Shown here: positions 37,085-49,797 of the stretch, one piece after another
How positions within the stretch are numbered: position 1 is the first letter of the stretch
Layout: every line of letters starts with the position of its first letter
Source of the DNA: Zygnema circumcarinatum SAG 698-1b
Taxonomy: Eukaryota; Plantae; Zygnematophyceae
NCBI GenBank assembly: GCA_037447605.1
Contig: CM074812.1
Location: forward strand, 1,674,001 to 1,738,000
Direction: 5' to 3'
Length of the DNA stretch: 64,000 nucleotides
Notes under the pieces: generated by a model
The model's database searches: none
The model's input: the letters and a program-made list of their open reading frames with translations, nothing else
Told to the model about the DNA's origin: nothing
Position numbers and translations under genes: made by a program

Positions 37085-40000
37085 ATGGACGCCTTCAGGA
37101 AGCAGCTGGATGCTCTCATGGGCGCCAACCGCAACGGTGACGTGGCGGAAGTGAAGAGGAGCTACCGTGACAGAGACGTTTGCAGACTCTTTTTGTGCGG
37201 GCTCTGTCCCAACGATTTGTTCCAACTCACGGTCAGTTTTCTTGGAAAATAATGTATTTGGGTAATAGTTTGATGAACTACTGGTGGCATTACAGCTTCC
37301 AAAGGTTTTGATTCACTACGAGTTATGTTACCACGCACGTATACTTGATAAAATATCAAATAACTAGTCATACTAACGTCCATAATTGGTGCAGGACCTT
37401 GCTGGCATGCTTTTAGGGTTATTTGGATGCGCATCAGCAGGAATGATTGGATAATTTTGATGTTTTTTTATAAACTGTGAGTGATATTAAGTGTTTAGCG
37501 CAGTGTCTCGCTTATTTTTGTGGCATCAGCAGGGATGCGGGAATGATTGGAGGATATATTTGATTTTTTGGTTTAGACTTGCATGTTCAGGGTTTGGAAT
37601 ACAGTAATCGATTCATTTTGTTTGGTTATTGGACTGCGGAATTGTCTGGTCACGGCAATGTGTCAAGAGGTTGATGGATAGGCTGGAAGGGATTCTATTA
37701 AGGTTCTATAAATGCCTTTTTTCTGCAATTTACTTTTGCCTGCATTGCATTATCAGTTCTAGTCCACGTCTCTTGATGCGAGTGCTTTCTGGCTGATGTG
37801 TCATTTGGGCAGAAAATGGACCTCGGGCAGTGTCAAAAAATTCACTCCTTGGAGCTTAGGAAAGAGTATCCGCCAAGATGGTTCCCTCGCCGTTTTCCCT
37901 CTCTCTCTTTCGCTGCCTTTCTCTCTTGTCCCTTTCCCTTTCTCGCGCCTGTATGCACGTTATTAGATAACACGGAATTGCATCTGTATTGTACCCGCAC
38001 TTATGTGCTTTCTCTTGATCTACTATGGATGCCTGCAACCTTTTGTTAAAGTACTGTAAGCGAAAATCTGTATCATGTTATTAGAACTGAACTGAACTAC
38101 AAAGAGGGGATCTCTGCTAGTATTTCCTTAACTCCTGGATAAAGATATGAGGAAGCGCGATCGAAAGGGAAGGACAACTTCGAGCGTGAGATGGAGGAGT
38201 CGCTGGAGAAGCACGTGGTCGAGTGCGACCGCAAGATACAGCGCGCTCTCAAGCGGCTAGAAGACGACAATCAGGATGGGGGCACCGCCATAGCCGTGTC
38301 GGAGGTCACCAAGGTGACCGGGCCTTGGAAAGAGGAGGGAGTAAGGGAGTGAGGGAGAGGGGAGGGATGTTGAGAAGTGAGGGAGGGAGGGATGTGGGGG
38401 AGTGAGGAGGGAGATAGGGGTACAGTGGGGAAGGGGAGACGGGGAGGGAGGGGAGAGGGTGAGGGGAGGGGAGACGGGGACGGAGGAAAGAGGGTGGCGA
38501 AGAGGGAGGGGAAAGTTGGACCGGAGGGAGGAGAGGTTGAGAGACCCTAGATGGGGAGGGAGGGATGAGGGGGTGGACGAGAAAGTGGGAGTGGGAGATG
38601 GAGGGGAAGGACGGGGAGGGGAGATGGAGGGTTGAAAGGAGGGAGTCAAAGGACAAGGGATTAGTTGTAGGCGAGGGAGGGGGGCTTGCGGGGCTTAGAG
38701 GGAGACGAAAGGATGATGGAATGGAGAGGAACGGGGGTGAGAAAGGGTAGTGCGAGAGGGGTGCTGAGCGAACTGTAGGGAAATGAAGAAATTTGGAGGA
38801 AAGGAGACGAGAAAAAAGAGGAAGTTAAAAATCGAATCGGGAGGGAAAGAGAGAGTTGAGATGGATTGTTATAAGAGTGGGTGGGTGATATGTAGTGATA
38901 GACAGAAGTCTTACTACTTTCTCTCTTTCTGATATCTGTAGCTGGTAAGCTTTAACCAAGTGTTAATGGGAGCTTATCGGTCCATGTGATCTTGATGAGG
39001 TTCTTTTGTCATATTTATATGTTTATGGCATGATCTGACCTTTCCCTTTTGAATTCTATTTGCAGTCTGATGAATCCGATGAGCTGTCAAGGCAAATTAA
39101 TGAAAAGTTGAAGGAGGCGGAAGAACTTGGTGAGTTCAACTCTACCACTTGATCATTCGGCATCTGCAAGACTTTAGAAGTCCGAAAATTGCAGGAAGTG
39201 AATTAAATGGACGGTCATGGATTGCAGTCTATTTCATGTACTCTCACAGCAGAAAATCTCGTTTTTTAGTAGAAAGTTAAACCCACAACTTTAAGAACTG
39301 TCCGGAGCACATTTTTAGTAAACATTTGTTATCTGGTGACTCAGTTCTTGAGGACCTTCTCATGAGTGCATAGAACTAAGTTGGATACTGCGGAATGTCT
39401 CGTCATGTCTTTCAAGTATGGGGGAAGTCTCGCCCTCTCTCGACTTCCCCTGACGCTTGCCTACTCGTGATGGCTACCTTACTTGCATAGACCTTGCTGG
39501 AAATACGGATGACAAGATTCGCATCATGGATGTGATCGAAGATCTTCGACAAAAACGGGCAGACCGCCAGGTATGGAAGCTGTTCAAATTTGCTTCTCCT
39601 TTTCTTTTCAAAATTTCGTTGCAGAATGTTTTCATATTGCGTTTTTGCAGAATGTAGGGTTTCAGCAAGTTTAGGGTGGTTTGTTCAGCCCTGCCTTGAT
39701 TTCGATCCGAGACGACGTTCGGCGACGTGTTACGTTTTCATTTTTCTCGTCTTTGCCTCCCTCTCCCTCTCTCTCATGCCCTCCCTCTTTGCATTGCATG
39801 CATCGCTCTCTCGTCCTCCTCTCTCCTTTCCTCCCTTACCACCTCTCTGAATTTCCCCCGCTATCAACTCCTCCCTTCTCTTTTCCCTTTCCTTATGCCA
39901 GCTTTGCAGCCTCCTCTCTCTCTCTCCTCCCCGTTTTTCCTCTCCCTCCATTGCAATCACTCTCCTTCTCACTCCCCCCTCGCTCTCTTTCCCTTCGCTC

Positions 40001-43000
40001 TCCCCCCTGCAGGCGCAGTCTTTGCTTGAAGCTTTCAATAAAGACCGTCTGAATGCTCCTCCCATGACTGGACCCCCCCAATTGGCTCCACTCCCAATGG
40101 CTTTTCCTGGAACTCAGTTAGTTTTGGGACCCCCCGATGCACGCACTCAAGAAATGATAAAGGAGAAGCTCAAAGAAGCAGAGGAATTGGGTAAGGAATT
40201 TCGAAAATCTCTCTTTGCATCCTAACGTTTCTTAATTCTAACTAGTGAATGGGGTTTTGTGTTTGAATGTGTTGAGGGCTTCATGTTTGTTGGGCTGGTT
40301 TTGTAAGCAGTTACGTTGCTGGATGCTATTTCCCCCCCTCTCTCTCTTTCTCTCCCTCTCTCTCTCACTCTTCTTCCTCTCCCCTCTCCCTCTTATTTCT
40401 GAATATTGACATCTGTTGAGTGGCACTTTGCAGGAGAGGAAGGGAAGGTGGATGAAGCGCAGAAAGCAATGGAAGAAGCGGAAGCGCTTAAAAGAGTACT
40501 GAACGGAACTTGGAATTATATTAGGAGATTGGAGTTTTATATGCTTAAGTTTTTGGGACGTATGTGAAGCTGTGGATGAGAAGATTGTGAGACAGAATTT
40601 TGGGCCAATTTGGATTTTGGGTGTAGAGATACTGCAGTTAACTGCTGCAAAAATTGAGATTTATTGGTTTTTTTGGGGTGTTGGATGAAAACAGCTTGGA
40701 TCTCGTCCAGACCCTGGTCAGCTTCTACCTATTGCAGGCGGTAACATACAGATTGTAAGTCAACTTCCTAATTTTCTCTGAATTAATATCTGAATATATC
40801 CTCCCTGAATGTATCCTGAATATATCTTTCCCCTCCCCCTCCCTCTCCACCTCGCCCTTCTCACGCTTGAAGTGAAATGGTTGGGAGAGCAATGCAGGCT
40901 GACCAGAAGCTTCGAGTTTGTGATATTTGTGGAGCCTTTCTCAGCATCTATGACAGGTGGAATTTGCCCTTGTTCTGTTCATACATCTTACAACATATTT
41001 CTTACATATACTCTGTATTCTATACGTTCCGATTTGGTGCAACTTCTGATTACATTTTTGCAGATTTTGCTTTCAAAGTTTATCCTTGTTCTGTTGTTGT
41101 TGTTCTGTTTCTGCTTTCAAGAACCCTAGAATCTTGAACACTTTCGAATCAAAATCTCCAAGAAAAAAATATTACTTAGATTGCAATGAACTCACCCTTA
41201 TTGCTCTTTGTGGTGCCTCTACCGGCTGAGCAGCGACAGGCGTTTAGCTGATCATTTTGGCGGAAAATTACATCTTGGGTATATGCAAATTAGGGAGAAG
41301 CTGAAGAATATTAAGGTACGGCGGAAAAAGGCTTTACCTTAGAGAGAGATGGAATCATTATGCATCATGCGCAAAATATATTTTCATTTTCAGTTCATCT
41401 TGCTGAAGTTGTATTTCTTTGCATTCTCTTATTGGGGTGGATTTAACTGTTGGACTGAGTGATTTTTCTGCACTCTTTTTTTATTGATTTACGGCTTCTC
41501 TGTTCATCTCCCTCTTTCATCGCTTCTCTCTTCCTTTCTCATGAGTACTGTTAAGCAACGATTTCCATGTGCTGGTTTTCCTGCAGGAGGGTCGCAAAGC
41601 TTCCCTTCGGAAACCGACGACAGATGATGAAAAGTGAGCTCAAGCCTCGTCCTCTTTTGCTCAATATTTAGCGAAAAAGTGCAAAACAAGACGCACTAGT
41701 TTAGACCCCTCATCATTCAAAACATACTTTTCAAAGATGACTTCCATTCATTCATAGCTCTTTTCAGCATTAGCATCCCTATGGTCACCGTTTTATCTTG
41801 AAAGCTCTCCTGTCCAACAATATCTAATCTTGTTTTTTCATATCAATAATCCATCCATTCGTACGAAATCGGCATATGCTGCAGGGACGGGAGCAAAGAG
41901 AGGAGTGAAATTCAGAAGGATCGGAGTACGGAGAGAGAGAAGGAAAAAGAGAAAGATGTTCGAGATAGAGATAGAGATAGAGATCGCGAGCGTGATCGTG
42001 ACAGGGATCGGCATCGGGACCATCATCGAGATCGCGATAGAGGGAGAGATAGAGAGAGGGAGAGAGACAGAGACCGCGACAGGGACCGTGATCGACGAAG
42101 GTATTTAAGTGTGGCGCAGATTTTTGTAATTTTTAGGAAGAATGTTTAACTTCTGGAAATTGTAGGGCTTGAAAGGTGTTAGGGATATGTAAGATTGTTC
42201 CATTTTGCAATTACTTGCGCACAAGCTGTGTCTGAAATGGGATTTACATGAGGGGGAAGGAGGAGGGGAGAGAGGGAGAGAGAGAGGGAGTGCGAAAGGG
42301 GCAGGGTGAGGGGAAGAAGAGAGAGGGAGCGAAAGGGAGGGGGAGAGGGAGAGAGAAAAAGAGACAGGATGGAGAGGTAGAGGGAGAGGGAAAGGGAGAG
42401 AGAAGCGGAAGAGGGAGGTGTGATGGAGAGGGAGAGGGAGAGAGACTCACTAAGGGTTGCACTTGCTCTGCAGGACGAGATCGAGATCACGAGATCGTGA
42501 CGAGCGGAAAGATCGGCATCGGTACGGTCCATCATTACCGTTTCGATTCTTCCTCTGCTTTGGTCCTCAAGCTTATCGTAATTGCAATTTAATTTATACT
42601 AATCTTGATTCTGCTTTGTTTAGTTCCCGGACCCGAGAGGAAGTTACGGTGTCTTTTAGGATGTTCTGGAACAGATGGAGAGGGAGAGAGGGAGCAAGAG
42701 AGGGAGAGAGTGGGAGAGGGAGATGACGACGAGCCGGGGGTGGGGGGAGGGAGAGAGGGAGAGGGTGAGGGAAGGAGTGGGAGTGGGGTAGCGAGGGAGT
42801 GACGGAGTGGGAGAGATAGAGAGAGCCAGCGCTTGAGTGAGAAAAACTTAGGCTTGGAAGTTTGAAACATGTCAGAGTTGAGTTTTTGACTATTTGGATT
42901 GTTCCTAATAAACTCAGACACTGAAGCCCCGAGAACGCCTTCAATCCCAATGTCCCTAAGCTTCTAAATACCCTAATTTGTATTCCTCTTAAATCGAAAC

Positions 43001-43091
43001 CCCTGACCCTTCAGGACCACATGTGTGCTCGCATTGCAGGGACAGAGACGACAGACGAAAGCATGATCGGCACGACCGGGACCGACATTGA
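37085..43091 (+). CDS. LUC7: U1 snRNP-associated LUC7-like splicing factor, 14 exons
   Basis: join 37085-37231, 37813-37865, 38145-38313, 39066-39129, 39491-39570, 40013-40190, 40434-40495, 40695-40740, 40890-40956, 41234-41315, 41587-41633, 41885-42100, 42474-42521, 43040-43091. Has [19 protein letters not shown], ZnF1 (C..C..C..H), ZnF2 [35 protein letters not shown] and an RD/RE/RS-rich tail. The exon 8/9 boundary is uncertain. Confidence 0.95.
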
Positions 43092-43502
43092 AAATTCTCT
43101 CAAATTCGGGCAAATTTTGAAGGAAGCATGCTTTGGGCCTGAAAAATATGGCACAGATGTTCCAAGGTTTGTAGGATTAAGCGTTACCGGGTGTTAGGGA
43201 TTATGGGTTTTCCCTTGCAGCCTTTTATGAGGGAACACTCACTTGGTTGACCGAGAAGGTCGGACTAGTAAGCAGCCGGCTTAAAGCGAATGAGGAAGGT
43301 TTGCAGTTTNNNNNNNNNNNNNNNNNNNNNNNNNNNNNNNNNNNNNNNNNNNNNNNNNNNNNNNNNNNNNNNNNNNNNNNNNNNNNNNNNNNNNNNNNNN
43401 NNNNNNNNNTNNNNNNNNNNNNNNNNNNNNNNNNNNNNNNCTCTCTCCCTCTCCCACTCCCTCTCTCTCCTCTCTCTCCTCTCTCTCCCAGCCTTCTCCC
43501 AC

Positions 43503-46500
43503 CGTGAAGTACATATGGCGCATGCAAAGAGGGAACGACTGATGGGCCAACGCTTCCAAATCTGAGAGTGCCACGTGGCCTCTATTTTCCGACTGAAAAA
43601 AAAGCCCAGATCCCCGAAAATTAAAATCAGCATTGCAGGAGTGGTATTAAGGAAAACATGGGAGATGAGAGCACGAGGGGACGGAGAGAGAGAGGGAGAG
43701 AAAGGCAGGGTAGGAGAAGAGAGAGGGCCAGGGAAAGATGACAGAGCAAGAGAGAGTGGGGGGAGAGAGAGAGAGCGGGAGAGAGAGAGAGGGAGAGGGA
43801 GAGAGAGAGGCCCAAGCCCACATGCGAATAGTCGCTCCCAAGGTATCGCTGACTCAGACCCTCCACAAGCTGCCCCATTGCACCCTCCAATAAAAAATTT
43901 ACACGTCAGCTGTAGAATGTGTAGGCTGCCTGGACTAGGAACCTTTCAAAGGAGAGGGTAGAGGGGCAGAGAGGTAGAGAAAGGGAGAGAGAGGGAGAGA
44001 GAGGGAGAGAGAGGGAGAGAGAAGGGTACGCGGGAAAAGATCGGACAGGAAAAGGAAGGGAGAGAGGGGAAAGGACAGGGCGGCGAGCTAGGAAGAGGAA
44101 AGGAGAGGGAGGGACAGAGAGAAAGAGCGCGAGAGAGGACGAGAGAGGGGGGAAAAGAGGCACGTACGGGAGTAAGGCGGTCCCTCTCTTCCTCAGCGAT
44201 GCTGGCAGCCCACTTCCTGGAAACCAACCCCTCAATTTTCGTTTTGTAAGTAACCTTAACCTGCACATAACCATGCTCTAAATCCTTCTAACTCCATCCC
44301 TCCCTCCTCCCGCTCCCACTCTCCCCTCTCCCTGACCTGTTTCTTTCGTGGATCCTCGATCGTTAATCTACCCCTTCTCTATTATAATTTTGATCTCCNN
44401 NNNNNNNNGAAAAAGGGAGGGGGGAGGGGGAAGTGAGGGAGGGAAGGGTGAAGGGAGGGAGGGTAAGGGAAAATGGGGGGAGAGGGGGGGTGGGGAGGGA
44501 AGGAGTGCGGGAGGGGGGAAAGGGAGGAAGGGAGGGGGGAGGGAAGGGGGAAAGGGAGGTGGGGAGGGAGGGTTGAAGGGGGAAGAGGGAGATAGAGGGG
44601 GGAGGGGGGAGGAGACGAAGTTAGAAATGTTGGGGAGGACAAGATAAAGAGGGGGTGGAAAAGAAAAGTAATTAAAGAAAAGAAATACGCTCGCGAAGTG
44701 AAAACGAGAGGAAATGAAAAAAAAACGAATGCATTTGAAAGGCAGGAGAAGGTTCAGATTCAATTGCTGCCAATTTCTTTATTTTCAGTTTGACCTTTTT
44801 GGTCGATTATTGTGTTGGTTTTTTGGAAGTTTGGGAGGAGGAAAGGAGTGGGACGAGTACCTTATAGTATACACTGTCAGCTGGGCAGCAAGAACCATAA
44901 AAGGGAAAAAAAAGGAAACGAAAAAGGGAAAAAACAGGGTTCAGTGGAGAGAGAAAGGGAGGGGGGACGGGAGTGGGAGAGGGTGAGGGAGAGATGTAGG
45001 GAAGGGAAGGAAAGAGGGACAGAAAGAAGGAAAGAGGTAGAGTGGGAGAGAGAGAGAGAGGGTAGAGAGGATTGGATTAATAACCTGTTGGAAGCGCCTG
45101 ATTTAATGAGCGGGCCACTTGACTTAATTTTTCTTTGACTGCCTGCCCGCACCAAATCCTCTCCCCCCCAAACAAAAAGAAAAGAAAACGAATAAAACCT
45201 GTTGAATAAATATAGTGGTGCTCTATGGTTAAGGGCACAGAAGTTTTTAAGGCTTAAAGGTTTTAAATTGTTGACGGTTTCAGAGCTACTGGAGGGTCTA
45301 GGTCTGCAAATTATTTGGATCTTTTGAGATATCTGAAAATTTAGAGTTTAGTTTTTTAGGGTTTCAGCTGCAGGGTATTCACTTCGAATTCGGTGGATCC
45401 GATAGCTCGATATGGAAGCTTGTTTTCCGCCAGGAACTTCTTCTGTAAGGGTGGAGAAAGGGAGAGAGAGAGAGAGAGTGAGAGAAAGTACAGAGAAAGA
45501 GGGAGGGAGTCAGAGCGGAAGGAAAAGTGGGGTGGATAAGGTAAAAAATATCAAGTGTTGGTGATTGAAAGAAGATTGGAAACAGGCAGAATTGCTTCAC
45601 AGGGAAAGGAAGCGGACGGAGAGAGCGGAGGGAAGAATTAAGTGGGAAGGGAGGGAGAGAGAGAGAGAGAGAGGGAGAGGGGGGAAGGAGGGAAAGAGGG
45701 ACGGAAAGGGAGAGGGGAGGGAACGAGAGAGGGAGGTGAGAGGGGTGGAGGGGGAGAGAGTGGGGAGAGGGAAGGGGAAAGGGAGAAAGAGGGGAAGGTA
45801 GAGAGGGGGGGCGAGAGAGAGGTGGAAAGAGGTCGGAAGAGAGAGAGAGGAAAGAGGGAGTGGGGGAGAGAGAGCGAGCGAGAGAGAGAACCTGCTGTTC
45901 CGGGGACTCATTTCGGAAGCGGTGCTGAAAGAGAGCTACTTCCTTTGACAGAAACCATTTTCTGAGCTCCTCTCTGCTTGCACCATCCCGAAAGCGTGAA
46001 ATTTTCGCAATCTACTGCGAATTTATTCAATGGATCAAAGCAGAAATATCTCAAACCCGAAACTCAAAGATGAAACCCTAAACGCTGAAGTTTAACCCCT
46101 CGGCCCTACGATGCAAGCCTCAAGAACTGCAGAGGGAGAGGGAGAGGGAGAGGGAGAGGGAGATGGAGAGGGAGAGGGAGAGGNNNNNNNNNNTTCTTTA
46201 TTTTCAGTTTGACCTTTTTGGTCGATTATTGTGTTGGTTTTTTGGAAGTTTGGGAGGAGGAAAGGAGTGGGACGAGTACCTTATAGTATACACTGTCAGC
46301 TGGGCAGCAAGAACCATAAAAGGGAAAAAAAAGGAAACGAAAAAGGGAAAAAACAGGGTTCAGTGGAGAGAGAAAGGGAGGGGGGACGGGAGTGGGAGAG
46401 GGTGAGGGAGAGATGTAGGGAAGGGAAGGAAAGAGGGACAGAAAGAAGGAAAGAGGTAGAGTGGGAGAGAGAGAGAGAGGGTAGAGAGGATTGGATTAAT

Positions 46501-49091
46501 AACCTGTTGGAAGCGCCTGATTTAATGAGCGGGCCACTTGACTTAATTTTTCTTTGACTGCCTGCCCGCACCAAATCCTCTCCCCCCCAAACAAAAAGAA
46601 AAGAAAACGAATAAAACCTGTTGAATAAATATAGTGGTGCTCTATGGTTAAGGGCACAGAAGTTTTTAAGGCTTAAAGGTTTTAAATTGTTGACGGTTTC
46701 AGAGCTACTGGAGGGTCTAGGTCTGCAAATTATTTGGATCTTTTGAGATATCTGAAAATTTAGAGTTTAGTTTTTTAGGGTTTCAGCTGCAGGGTATTCA
46801 CTTCGAATTCGGTGGATCCGATAGCTCGATATGGAAGCTTGTTTTCCGCCAGGAACTTCTTCTGTAAGGGTGGAGAAAGGGAGAGAGAGAGAGAGAGTGA
46901 GAGAAAGTACAGAGAAAGAGGGAGGGAGTCAGAGCGGAAGGAAAAGTGGGGTGGATAAGGTAAAAAATATCAAGTGTTGGTGATTGAAAGAAGATTGGAA
47001 ACAGGCAGAATTGCTTCACAGGGAAAGGAAGCGGACGGAGAGAGCGGAGGGAAGAATTAAGTGGGAAGGGAGGGAGAGAGAGAGAGAGAGAGGGAGAGGG
47101 GGGAAGGAGGGAAAGAGGGACGGAAAGGGAGAGGGGAGGGAACGAGAGAGGGAGGTGAGAGGGGTGGAGGGGGAGAGAGTGGGGAGAGGGAAGGGGAAAG
47201 GGAGAAAGAGGGGAAGGTAGAGAGGGGGGGCGAGAGAGAGGTGGAAAGAGGTCGGAAGAGAGAGAGAGGAAAGAGGGAGTGGGGGAGAGAGAGCGAGCGA
47301 GAGAGAGAACCTGCTGTTCCGGGGACTCATTTCGGAAGCGGTGCTGAAAGAGAGCTACTTCCTTTGACAGAAACCATTTTCTGAGCTCCTCTCTGCTTGC
47401 ACCATCCCGAAAGCGTGAAATTTTCGCAATCTACTGCGAATTTATTCAATGGATCAAAGCAGAAATATCTCAAACCCGAAACTCAAAGATGAAACCCTAA
47501 ACGCTGAAGTTTAACCCCTCGGCCCTACGATGCAAGCCTCAAGAACTGCAGAGGGAGAGGGAGAGGGAGAGGGAGAGGGAGATGGAGAGGGAGAGGGAGA
47601 GGNNNNNNNNNNGGAGAGGGAGAGGGAGAGGGAGAGAGAGAGCACGTTTGGCAGAAGGCGAGGCGGAGGGCGAAGTGGGAGATGGCGTCCCTTCGAGCGG
47701 TCTCCGCCGCGTCCCCTCCGCGCAGGTGTCTCCGCACGGCGTCAGCAATCTGCACCAGATGACGTCAGCGTGCGTCAGCGAGAGGGAGAGGGAGAGGGGG
47801 AGGGAGATAGGAGGGATTGGAAGGAAGGTTGAGAGAAGCGAATAGAGGAGGGAGGAGGAGGGGTAGAGAGAGGTCGGGAGAGGGAGGTAGGGAAAGAGGT
47901 GGAAGGGAGGAGGGAAGAGGGAGGAAAGAGGGAAGGAGAGAGGATAGGAAGTGGAAGGAGGAGGGAAGGATAAGCGTAAGGAGAAAGGAGGGCAGAGTGG
48001 AGGGGAGTGATGAGAGAGGGTTACAACCAGGTCATCCATCTCGTCCTGCTTTTTCCCCCGCGATTTCCCCTGCTCGATGATTTTCAGAACTGCATTTTTT
48101 AAGAAATGGAAACGACGAACCCTTGTCGAGATTCATTTGTTTGATTAATGAAGATAATACAAAGATTAACGATTAAGATTTTTTTTAAATGGGCGGGTTG
48201 GTAGGGAGTCAAATTTCAAACACAAGAGGAAGTTTGAAATAAAACAGCCATGTATACGTAGAATGTTTCACATGTTCACTAAGGGAAGAGAAATGGAAAA
48301 CATGTTCGACTAGAAATGGGTGTAGAGAAAGAGAGAGAGGGGTGGGCGGAGAGAGCGAGAGAGAGGGAGAGGAGAGACGGGGAGATGGAGGGAGGGAGCG
48401 AGAGGAGGGGGGGGAGAGAGGAGGGGGGGGAGAGAGAGAGAGAGGAAGGAGGCCGACGAGAAAGGAGAGCGGGATGGGAGGGAGAGGGAGGGAGGGGAGG
48501 AGAGCTAACCCTACACTTGATTCCTCAACCCTAAGCCTTCAACCCTTGAACCCGAAACTTTAAAACCTTCCCTAATCCTAACCTTCAATCCAGGAACCCT
48601 AAAGTTTACCCTAATCCCCAAACCCTAACTACTAAACCTGCATTTCCGAAACCCTAATCAACCCTAACCCTAGTCCATATCACTAACCCTAACCCTAGTT
48701 TCTAAACCCTGAGCCCTAAACCCTCAACTTAAACCTTAACCCCCAAACCCTAAACCCGAAACCCTTAACCCGAAACCTAAACCCTGGTCCCTGAACCCTA
48801 AACCCTAAGCCCTTAACCCTAAACCCGAAATTCTGAACCCTAAACCCTAAACCCTACTATACCCTACACCCTACACCCTACACCCTACACCCTACATCCT
48901 ACACCCCTAAACCCCTAAACCCCTAAACCCGGCCCATAAATACCCCGGAGGCGGTCGAGAGCGAAGGATTCAAACTCCTCGAGAGAGATCTCCTCGTTGC
49001 CAGGTGGCACGTTGTACATGGACACGTGGCAGCCTGCGATTGGTCCTCCGTGGCTGCTCCGCCTCTTATTGGAGGTCACGTTGAACTCCAT
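43503..49091 (-). CDS. PRIM2: DNA primase large subunit (p58/PriL), incomplete in this assembly
   Basis: Exons 48944-49091, 48028-48089, 47646-47749, 47311-47392, 46802-46861, 46504-46561, 46280-46299 (duplicated copies at 45892-45973, 45383-45442, 45085-45142, 44861-44880), then missing exon(s), 44168-44216, 43822-43869, 43503-43592. Motifs PPGNEEISLEEFESFALDRLRVLK, DAISHFALRLAFC.TEELRKWFL, RKW..EERDRLTP, YLGSDYS, SFPLCMRH. The 3' part runs into the N gap at 43310-43440. Confidence 0.9.
44775..47602. repeat. Exact 1409-bp tandem duplication (44775-46183 = 46194-47602), probably an assembly artefact
   Basis: Offset 1419 throughout, with identical ORFs repeated in the track. The second copy is exactly the contig between two 10-N gaps, and both copies end at a gap at the same base. 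Confidence 0.9.
48525..48930 (-). repeat. Degenerate interstitial telomere-like array (CCCTAAA/CCCTAA/CCCTACA on +) in PRIM2 intron 1
   Basis: About 400 bp of imperfect units, ending in (CCCTACA)n and (CCCCTAAA)n next to the donor at 48943. Confidence 0.9.
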
Positions 49092-49360
49092 GGCGGCTCT
49101 GAACCCTCTCCGAAAACTTTTTTTTGGGTTCAAGGAAACAGAAAGACCCTAAAACCCTCCAAAAAAAAGGAAGGTTGGAGGCGAAAAACAGAGCACTCGT
49201 TCAGAAAGATTAAAAGTGTCTCCTGGCAGCTCAAAAAACCGTAAACTGAGTTTATCGCGAGAAACTAAAACGCTGTCACTTCATAAAAAAGAAAAAAAAA
49301 GGAAATAAACAAAAAGTCTTTTCCTGGTCGCCTTTCTCCCGCCATTTTTTGTCAAATTCA

Positions 49361-49661
49361 TTTCCCGCCAAAAATCCTGGGAGTTCCCAAACGACGATAT
49401 ATTCTCTCCAATATATTGCGAATGTTGCGATATGTGCAGATATGCCTAGAGATATTCCGATATACAGTAATCCGATTCTCAAAATCTCACTTGGTCGGTA
49501 TTTGACGATGGGACCTTTCTCGTATCGGATTCAGCCGGTTGACCTGTCAACGGTACACGTGGCGACCGGTGAATGGTAGTATGTTCTAAATCTCGCGCGT
49601 GATTGGTTCACGTCAATTCTTTGACCGTTGCTTACTTTCCCGCCAACTTTTTCAACGGTCA
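49361..49661. promoter_or_regulatory. E2F sites and MSA-like motifs in the PRIM2/TrmB bidirectional promoter
   Basis: TTTCCCGCC at 49361-49369 and 49636-49644 (plant E2F consensus). The second is flanked by the inverted pair TGACCGTTG (49622-49630) / CAACGGTCA (49653-49661). Consistent with E2F control of replication genes. Confidence 0.55.
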
Positions 49662-49797
49662 GCTTGTAACTTCAATACGATATGTACCAATGCGATACAG
49701 AACGATATTTTCTAAGCTATCTTATCGTTAATGTCGCGATATATGCTGCGATACGTAAGGCACTTGATCTTGGCTTCCGTTTCCCGACTTCCTCGCC

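Noticed and set aside
39066-40190. Internal duplication in LUC7 (two KLKEAEEL modules)
   Set aside because: Real, but it is a known feature of plant LUC7 proteins.
43240-43309. Minus-strand exon-like segment ending in a GTGAGT donor after the large gap
   Set aside because: No frame resembles the PRIM2 C-terminus; it lies in the LUC7 3' region.
44775-47602. Real tandem duplication of four PRIM2 exons (mutually exclusive exons)
   Set aside because: The copies are identical and bounded by 10-N gaps at the same base. The exon block totals 220 nt, so it would frameshift to a stop. An assembly artefact is far more likely.
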